Virus record (IMG/VR): IMGVR_UViG_3300042868_009121
Location: 32,001 to 96,000 of that record
From: a virus
Reading direction: 5' to 3' (one strand)
Length of the DNA: 64,000 nucleotides
The translations under genes were made by a program, and so were the position numbers. The notes under the pieces were generated by a model that worked only from the letters and a program-made list of their open reading frames with translations, was not told where the DNA came from and made no database searches. This document shows, in pieces, positions 58,299 to 64,000 of this stretch (within the stretch, counting starts at the first letter, position 1; each line of letters begins with the position of its first letter).

Positions 58299-60332
58299 TT
58301 ATTGACCAAACGTTGTGCCAGTTGGAAGAATGTTGAAGTCAAGTTGAATGAATTCCGCAGTCTTTGTAGGCTGTAAGTATATTGTACCAACTAATTGGTT
58401 ACGATCTACTACATCTGGTGTGTTATTAGTCTCATCCATTACTACTTGGAATGCATAAAGACCTTGTCTTTGTTGTACTGATTCTAAGTATGGATTAACT
58501 TGATTTAAGAATTTATTTCTTGTTACCTGAGTATTTGGTTCGAATACAATTGTTTCGCCAATTTGACCAATGTAATCTTTAAGAGCAATCAATAATCTTC
58601 TTACATTTACACGATCAAGTGCAGATGGTTTTTGTTGAAGAGTCTTTTGACCATATATTACTGTACCAACTCCAGGGAATGTAGCGATTGGGTTAACTTT
58701 ACCTTGATAAAGTAAGTTCCTATCGTTAACTGTTAATTTTCTTTCTGGTTGAAGTACTGTAGAAAGTGCGCCTCTGTTAAGACCTGCAGGTGCAAACCAC
58801 TCAGCAGCAACTTTATCATTATATTCGTAAACTGCTGGTACTAATGTAGAAGCAGGAACAAAGTTTATTTTACCAGTCTCACGGCTTCTAACTTGTACCC
58901 ATGGCCAATAAGTTGCACCATATGAATTATCGTATAAGTTTGCTTGAGTAAGAACTGCGTTTATTTGTTGTCCATAAGAAGCCATATCTACTACTGCAAT
59001 TGCATCTCCTCTACCTTGAACAAGAGTTAATAAACTACTTACTGTAGTAGCCGCATTTTGGCTATTTAATCCTGGAGCGTATACTACATTTACGTTATAA
59101 GAATCTTGATTTTCAAGAAGATTAATTGCTATTGCATAATCTTCAGGATGTATACCTTGAATATTAGTTGCTGGGGCGGCTATTACTGAGTTTGCAACTG
59201 GTATTGCTTCAAACATATTTAAAGCTGCTTTACCAAATGAACCGAATATAGCACCGCTAGCACCTCCAAAAGCTCCATTAATAGATCCAGATCCTATAAT
59301 AGGAAGTGAAGATGTATATTGATTTTGAGGAAGTCCTGTTTGATCAAAATATCCAGGAGTAGGAAGACTAACAGATTTAACTCTTATATAACGGCTCTTA
59401 TTTTGATAAGATCCAGTTGTTTGTAAGTAATAATCATTTGTTGAATCTTGACGAATTGCTTGTGTTTGATCACCAATTACATATGCAATGTAATTATTTT
59501 GATTTGGATCTAATGAAAGATTATTCCAAGTCTCAAGAATAGTTTTACTATTATTATAATCATCACCACGACGAATAATGATACTAAACACACCAGAACC
59601 AGTGTCAACTCCAGTTACTTCCCAACGAATGTTAGCAGAAGATCCTGATGGTAAAGAACCATCTACAGAAGTTCCACCTACATTATTCATTAAATTACCA
59701 ACAGATAATGTTTCTAGTTCAAAAGAAGCTACTGATGCTCCACCAGAGTAATAAACAGTATTAGATCCTGATGTATAATAGTAACTATTTCCTACTATTC
59801 CTAATGTTTTTGAAGTTAGCGTCATAGTGCTTGAAGCAAGAGACGCTGATGAATTCGCTGTTGAACTAGCTAATATAGAAGATGTTACTCTATTATAAAC
59901 ATCTTGAGCACTAGATCCAGATAAAGTAAAACTAGCTCCATTAATAGATAATACATATTGAGCAGTTACCGCATTTGTTAAATCTAATGTTGCAGATGCC
60001 GCTATAGTTCCATTATTAGAAGCTACAGAAGCAGTTGCTGGTGTATAAGAACCAGAAGCTACTCTAGTAACAAGAAGAGAATCTCCGCCTTGTTCAAAAT
60101 AGTTAAGTGCTGCAATTGAAGTTAGATATTCAAAGTTAGCTCCACCAGAAACAAACGCAGCTCCAAAAAGAGCTTTGTATTCTGAGTATGAAGTTACTAA
60201 TGTTGGAATATTTACAGGTCCAATTACTGTAGGTCCTAAAAGTGCTGCTCCAGCAGTAATAGGTCCTTGTGTTATTTGGGATAGATCGTTTTCACTTAAG
60301 AAAACTCCTGGGCTAATAAGTGTTTCGGCCAT
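58299..60332 (-). CDS. Tail sheath protein (T4 gp18-like)
   Basis: SPGV...E.D, YWPWV, WFAPAG..RG, VNPI..F, GQKTL...SALDRVNVRRLL, FEPN, P.KTAEFI. Confidence 0.94.
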   Translation of the reverse strand: MAETLISPGVFLSENDLSQITQGPITAGAALLGPTVIGPVNIPTLVTSYSEYKALFGAAFVSGGANFEYLTSIAALNYFEQGGDSLLVTRVASGSYTPATASVASNNGTIAASATLDLTNAVTAQYVLSINGASFTLSGSSAQDVYNRVTSSILASSTANSSASLASSTMTLTSKTLGIVGNSYYYTSGSNTVYYSGGASVASFELETLSVGNLMNNVGGTSVDGSLPSGSSANIRWEVTGVDTGSGVFSIIIRRGDDYNNSKTILETWNNLSLDPNQNNYIAYVIGDQTQAIRQDSTNDYYLQTTGSYQNKSRYIRVKSVSLPTPGYFDQTGLPQNQYTSSLPIIGSGSINGAFGGASGAIFGSFGKAALNMFEAIPVANSVIAAPATNIQGIHPEDYAIAINLLENQDSYNVNVVYAPGLNSQNAATTVSSLLTLVQGRGDAIAVVDMASYGQQINAVLTQANLYDNSYGATYWPWVQVRSRETGKINFVPASTLVPAVYEYNDKVAAEWFAPAGLNRGALSTVLQPERKLTVNDRNLLYQGKVNPIATFPGVGTVIYGQKTLQQKPSALDRVNVRRLLIALKDYIGQIGETIVFEPNTQVTRNKFLNQVNPYLESVQQRQGLYAFQVVMDETNNTPDVVDRNQLVGTIYLQPTKTAEFIQLDFNILPTGTTFGQ

Positions 60333-60382
60333 TTATATTATTTTTATCTAGTAATAAATATCTATCCTTTATTCAAAACACT

Positions 60383-60619
60383 TTATTGGAATTCTCCAGT
60401 TTCGATATTTATGTTGATGTTTCCGTATTTGTCTTTTAGTTCTTCAAACAATAGACCTTCAGATTTTTTTAAATCTTTAATTTTTTGTTTTTGATCTTCC
60501 ATCAACAATTCTAAAACTGTTTTTTGATATTGTAATTCTCCTAAAGCAGATGCAATTTCTAAAGAGTCTTTTCTAACTTGATGTAACCTTTCTAATTCGT
60601 TTTCTGTAAGCTTTGCCAT
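60383..60619 (-). CDS. Coiled-coil hypothetical protein
   Basis: KYG...I..ETGEF C-terminus. Confidence 0.7.
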   Translation of the reverse strand: MAKLTENELERLHQVRKDSLEIASALGELQYQKTVLELLMEDQKQKIKDLKKSEGLLFEELKDKYGNININIETGEFQ

Positions 60620-60718
60620 AACGTTATTTTATAATAAATATGTAAACTAATGTGAGAAATAAAATGGCCCTCTAATTACAGAGAGCCTATTTTTTTATAT
60701 TAAAAAAACAAAGTCAAT

Positions 60719-60988
60719 TTATTTAGTAGTTTTCTTTTTAGGAGCAGCTTTTTTCTTTATTACTTTTTTTGCTTCTTTAAGCTCTTCTACTTGTTGTACA
60801 CTAGCGATTGGTTCAACTTTAACAGGAACTTCTTCTACTGGTGTTGGAGCAGGAACTACTGGATCAAATATTGGATTTTTTGGGGCTGGTGTATCTTTAC
60901 TTACTTCTTCTACTTTGCTTTTTCTAGAAGTGACGATGAAGTATGCAGCAACACAAGCGACTGCAAGAACTAGAATAATCTGTAACAT
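60719..60988 (-). CDS. TM-anchored Pro/Lys-rich protein
   Basis: N-terminal TM and low-complexity tail. Confidence 0.65.
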   Translation of the reverse strand: MLQIILVLAVACVAAYFIVTSRKSKVEEVSKDTPAPKNPIFDPVVPAPTPVEEVPVKVEPIASVQQVEELKEAKKVIKKKAAPKKKTTK

Positions 60989-61038
60989 AAAATAGTTGTT
61001 TATTTATAAATATACGAAAATAAGAGAAAAATAAATTT

Positions 61039-61218
61039 TTATCCAATTTGTACTACTCTATATTGACGATCAGTAGGGTCTGCTAATTTAAGTTCGTCAG
61101 CTTTTAACTGCGCTTCTTCTTGAGTAGGATATTCATAGATTGGATCATCTGGATTTAGTCTAGCTACCCAAATTTGATCACTCCCTGGTATAAACTGCAT
61201 TTGTACTTGATAAATCAT
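61039..61218 (-). CDS. Hypothetical protein (59 aa; not in ORF track)
   Basis: MIYQVQMQFIPGSDQIWVARLNPDDPIYEY...RQYRVVQIG with an ATATTTAT box upstream. Confidence 0.65.
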   Translation of the reverse strand: MIYQVQMQFIPGSDQIWVARLNPDDPIYEYPTQEEAQLKADELKLADPTDRQYRVVQIG

Positions 61219-61242
61219 AAATTATTTTTTATTATAAATATA

Positions 61243-61542
61243 TTAACTACATCCATTACAATTTATATTTGATGTACAATCAACAGTAGATGTACATGCA
61301 AATATTGTAGGTATTGCACCACTAACATAAACAGGAGTATCTCTAGAACAAACGTATCCTGTTTCACCAGATAAAACTTCTAAATTAATTGTAGCACCAT
61401 CACTGCATCTTGAATATGATATTGTTGTAGTTCCACTATCTGCAAGTATTGTATAACAATAACATGGAGGTGCTGTTGTCGTAGTTGTTGTAGTTGTTGT
61501 TGTTGTTGCACAAGGAATATTAAATCTAAAATATGGAGCCAT
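61243..61542 (-). CDS. Cys-rich virion-associated protein with poly-Thr linker
   Basis: Run of about 11 Thr followed by a Cys-rich domain. Confidence 0.6.
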   Translation of the reverse strand: MAPYFRFNIPCATTTTTTTTTTTAPPCYCYTILADSGTTTISYSRCSDGATINLEVLSGETGYVCSRDTPVYVSGAIPTIFACTSTVDCTSNINCNGCS

Positions 61543-61553
61543 AAAACATTATT

Positions 61554-62348
61554 TTAACAGTTTGCATACAGAGATCCTACTACGGCTGTACTTGAATTTA
61601 TATTATAAATACTACCACCTTCATCTCTAACATAATTAAATCCGGTAATTAAGGCATTTGTTCTAGGATTTAGTAATGCAGATGAATTCGCTGAGGCCGC
61701 TGCTAATGTAGGATCATTATTTGACGTTACTACTGCTCTAATATTATCAACATTTCCACATGACGGAGTTGTCATAAAATATATAGGAGTTAATATATTT
61801 TGATCTTGACTACCTTCTTTCCACATTACTAGATATAAAACTTCAGAAGTTGAAGATAAAGTATAATTATATGTTTGTGAATTAGTATTACTAAAAGTTC
61901 CGTCAAATACAGGAAATCCTGTTAATGTTCCTGTATTAGTAAATGGATATGAGGTATATATTTGAAACCTCATAGTAGATAAATTTGGAACTACATTATC
62001 AGGAGAACTTATAGTTATACTAGAACCTGCTCCAGAACTTCCTGTTACATTTACTCTATAATATAAATAACTACCTAATAAAATAGGAGTGTCTATATCT
62101 CCTGTTGCACAATTTTGATTTGCTGTATGATTATAACTATACCATTCTGATATTGCTGATGGAACTACATCATCTGTAGGTTTTGTAGGAGCGCTTCTAT
62201 TAACAGGAACGTATCCAGAACCAGTATTAGCATCGCTACCTAATAAACTACCAATTTTAGACAATTCTATATTGCTAGTACGACCAGTATTTTCAAGCTC
62301 TGTTATGAGCATACTCATTGATATAATCCCACTAGCTGGTAATGCCAT
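61554..62348 (-). CDS. Putative tail fibre/adhesin-like protein
   Basis: MALPASGIISMS N-terminus and SEWYSY motif, typical of fibre-tip adaptors. Confidence 0.6.
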   Translation of the reverse strand: MALPASGIISMSMLITELENTGRTSNIELSKIGSLLGSDANTGSGYVPVNRSAPTKPTDDVVPSAISEWYSYNHTANQNCATGDIDTPILLGSYLYYRVNVTGSSGAGSSITISSPDNVVPNLSTMRFQIYTSYPFTNTGTLTGFPVFDGTFSNTNSQTYNYTLSSTSEVLYLVMWKEGSQDQNILTPIYFMTTPSCGNVDNIRAVVTSNNDPTLAAASANSSALLNPRTNALITGFNYVRDEGGSIYNINSSTAVVGSLYANC

Positions 62349-62362
62349 AACTAATTATAGTT

Positions 62363-62830
62363 TTAACACGTTTCTGATTGTTCTTGATTTACTGTAAATG
62401 CAAGATTTCTAGTAGGAACGTTAGTTAGTACTGGCCAAGTACACGCATCAGAACCTGCATCCCATGTAGGACATGTAGTTGATGCATTAGTTCTATTAGA
62501 TGAATAAATAGCATTAATATTACTAGGAGATCCAGCTCTTAATACTAAACTTGTTCCTTGAGGTACAGTTATTGTAGTTAAATTACTGCATGTTTCACCT
62601 ATAGAAACACCGACAAAATTCCACGTACTTCCACCGTCTGTAGAATAATGAAAATCTAAAGGCGTTGTTGGAGCTATTTGCCTAGCATATATAGTAATTG
62701 CTGCCTGAGCAACAGTAGTAGTTGAAGTTGTTCCAGGACCTCCTTCTCCAAATACTGCGCGTCCTGAATTATTTACATTTGTGAATCTAGCTCTTCCTGA
62801 ATTATTTACGTTTATAAATCTTGCTGGCAT
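62363..62830 (-). CDS. Putative fibre-associated protein
   Basis: Duplicated RFxNVNNSGRA, Thr linker and YSTDGGSTW Asp-box. Confidence 0.55.
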   Translation of the reverse strand: MPARFINVNNSGRARFTNVNNSGRAVFGEGGPGTTSTTTVAQAAITIYARQIAPTTPLDFHYSTDGGSTWNFVGVSIGETCSNLTTITVPQGTSLVLRAGSPSNINAIYSSNRTNASTTCPTWDAGSDACTWPVLTNVPTRNLAFTVNQEQSETC

Positions 62831-62840
62831 AAAAATATTA

Positions 62841-63194
62841 TTATGGTGTGATCATTAATGAACCTGTTGGTAGCCAAGGAGCTTGTTCTATTAACACAGG
62901 AGGATTGATTTGATTTTGTATTTGTTGAGCAACTGTTGCTTCATAATTTTGCATACTAGCTGTACCCATTGAAGCAGTCATCCAATTATAAACTATATCA
63001 TAAGTAAGATCATTAAAAGGAGTAAATGCAGAACCTGATTCGTAAGTAACTGGTTGAACTCCTATTACTGTAGATTGATATGATCCTGTAATTCCATGAA
63101 GTTGCCAATGTACGTTGAATACTACATTTGTTTCTCCAGATGCAGTTGGATATGCTTCTAGTGGATTAAAATTCCAATTGTAATTAATTGCCAT
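62841..63194 (-). CDS. Tail-fibre-associated small protein
   Basis: Y.W...L...VF.VHW...FTPF.DLT...V..W...PW; follows the fibre gene. Confidence 0.65.
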   Translation of the reverse strand: MAINYNWNFNPLEAYPTASGETNVVFNVHWQLHGITGSYQSTVIGVQPVTYESGSAFTPFNDLTYDIVYNWMTASMGTASMQNYEATVAQQIQNQINPPVLIEQAPWLPTGSLMITP

Positions 63195-64000
63195 TATTTT
63201 TTCTTTTTCTTATTTTCTAATAAATATTTGAGTTCTTCTATTTGTTTCTGTTGTTCTTTAACTGCTTCAATTAATAATCCTACCATATTACCATATGATA
63301 CACTATAATTACCATTTTGATCTTTAGATACAACCTCAGGTATTATTGGAAGTACTTCTTGGGCTATTACTCCTATCTTACGTGATTTATCATCAGTGTC
63401 TTTTCTATTATAGCTTACTCCTCTTAATGATATTACTTTTTCTAATGCATTTTCAATTGGCTCTACATTATCTTTTACTCTAGCATCAGAATATGCAATA
63501 ACATCTCCAGTTGCACGAATTGTACCTAATACATCTAATTTATATGCAGGAGAAGACGCTCCTATACCTATACTTCCAAGTGAGTAATAAGCATTTGCAC
63601 CATCTCTAACAAAAGTATGGGCTGCTGTATTACTTACTGTTGCTGTAACATTACTAAACGCGCTTGCTTCAAATCCTACACCCCAATTATTATTTCTCCA
63701 TGTAGAACTTACTCCACTATATCCTAATCCTACTTCTTCTATAAATACTTGAGGATAACTCCAAGTAGAACTTAATTCACCTATATAAACAACCATGTAA
63801 GTTCCATCATAACCGAATCTTACATTAAAGTTTCTATCTATAGCAGGATTTCCTTCTATATAAGCAAAGCAATTATACCAAGATGGAGTATCAGAGTAAT
63901 TATATCCTCCAAAAGTAATTGTAAATGATTCATTAGTTACATACTCATAAACTTTTAATTTTACAGTATGCATTGTATTTGTATACCCAACAGGATAAGT
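63194..64000 (-). CDS. Tail fibre C-terminus with peptidase S74 intramolecular chaperone domain (partial)
   Basis: G.IGIG...P..KLDV.G, YSDARVKDN, LRGV.Y, GVIAQEV...PEVV, V.YGNMVGLLIEA.KE. Gene probably extends beyond the window. Confidence 0.88.
   Translation of the reverse strand, partial: TYPVGYTNTMHTVKLKVYEYVTNESFTITFGGYNYSDTPSWYNCFAYIEGNPAIDRNFNVRFGYDGTYMVVYIGELSSTWSYPQVFIEEVGLGYSGVSSTWRNNNWGVGFEASAFSNVTATVSNTAAHTFVRDGANAYYSLGSIGIGASSPAYKLDVLGTIRATGDVIAYSDARVKDNVEPIENALEKVISLRGVSYNRKDTDDKSRKIGVIAQEVLPIIPEVVSKDQNGNYSVSYGNMVGLLIEAVKEQQKQIEELKYLLENKKKKK

Noticed and set aside
61475-61510. (GTT)n microsatellite as a contingency locus
   Set aside because: It is an in-frame, codon-varied poly-Thr linker, common in phage fibre proteins.

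Overview
An AT-rich 64 kb segment of a large lytic myovirus. Almost all genes are on the - strand. The host is probably a Bacteroidetes, inferred from TAnnTTTG-type promoter boxes, Shine-Dalgarno-less A-rich starts, a TonB-dependent receptor/lipoprotein pair and many lipoproteins. In window order it contains: (1) a nucleotide-sugar/glycosyltransferase cluster (two Gmd, RfbH/E1, GT2, two GT4) and a Cas4-like nuclease; (2) an RNA island with tRNA-Leu, a 157-nt enlarged tRNA-Asp-like RNA, tRNA-CAT, tRNA-Thr, an unassigned ~285-nt structured ncRNA and a tmRNA; (3) a TonB-dependent transporter with a partner lipoprotein; (4) a membrane/lysis cluster ending in a GH19 endolysin and containing a PAS-PAS-coiled-coil-2TM protein; (5) nucleotide metabolism and a probable cytosine-hypermodification cluster (ThyA, dCMP-hydroxymethylase-like enzyme, dCMP deaminase, dUTPase, PLP enzyme, amino-acid:DNA-transferase-like protein, SGNH-like protein); (6) GroEL, GroES and Hsp20; (7) replication genes (family A polymerase, class II RNR, helicase, 5'-3' exonuclease, RecA-like, SSB and a second short PolA-like protein); (8) contractile-tail morphogenesis genes. 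The best candidates for undescribed biology are the PAS-domain holin-like protein in the lysis cluster, the kinase-less hmC-modification cluster, the new ncRNA and giant tRNA, and genes enclosed by 5'UTR/3'UTR long-range stems. All assignments come from reading motifs by eye; no database searches were run.
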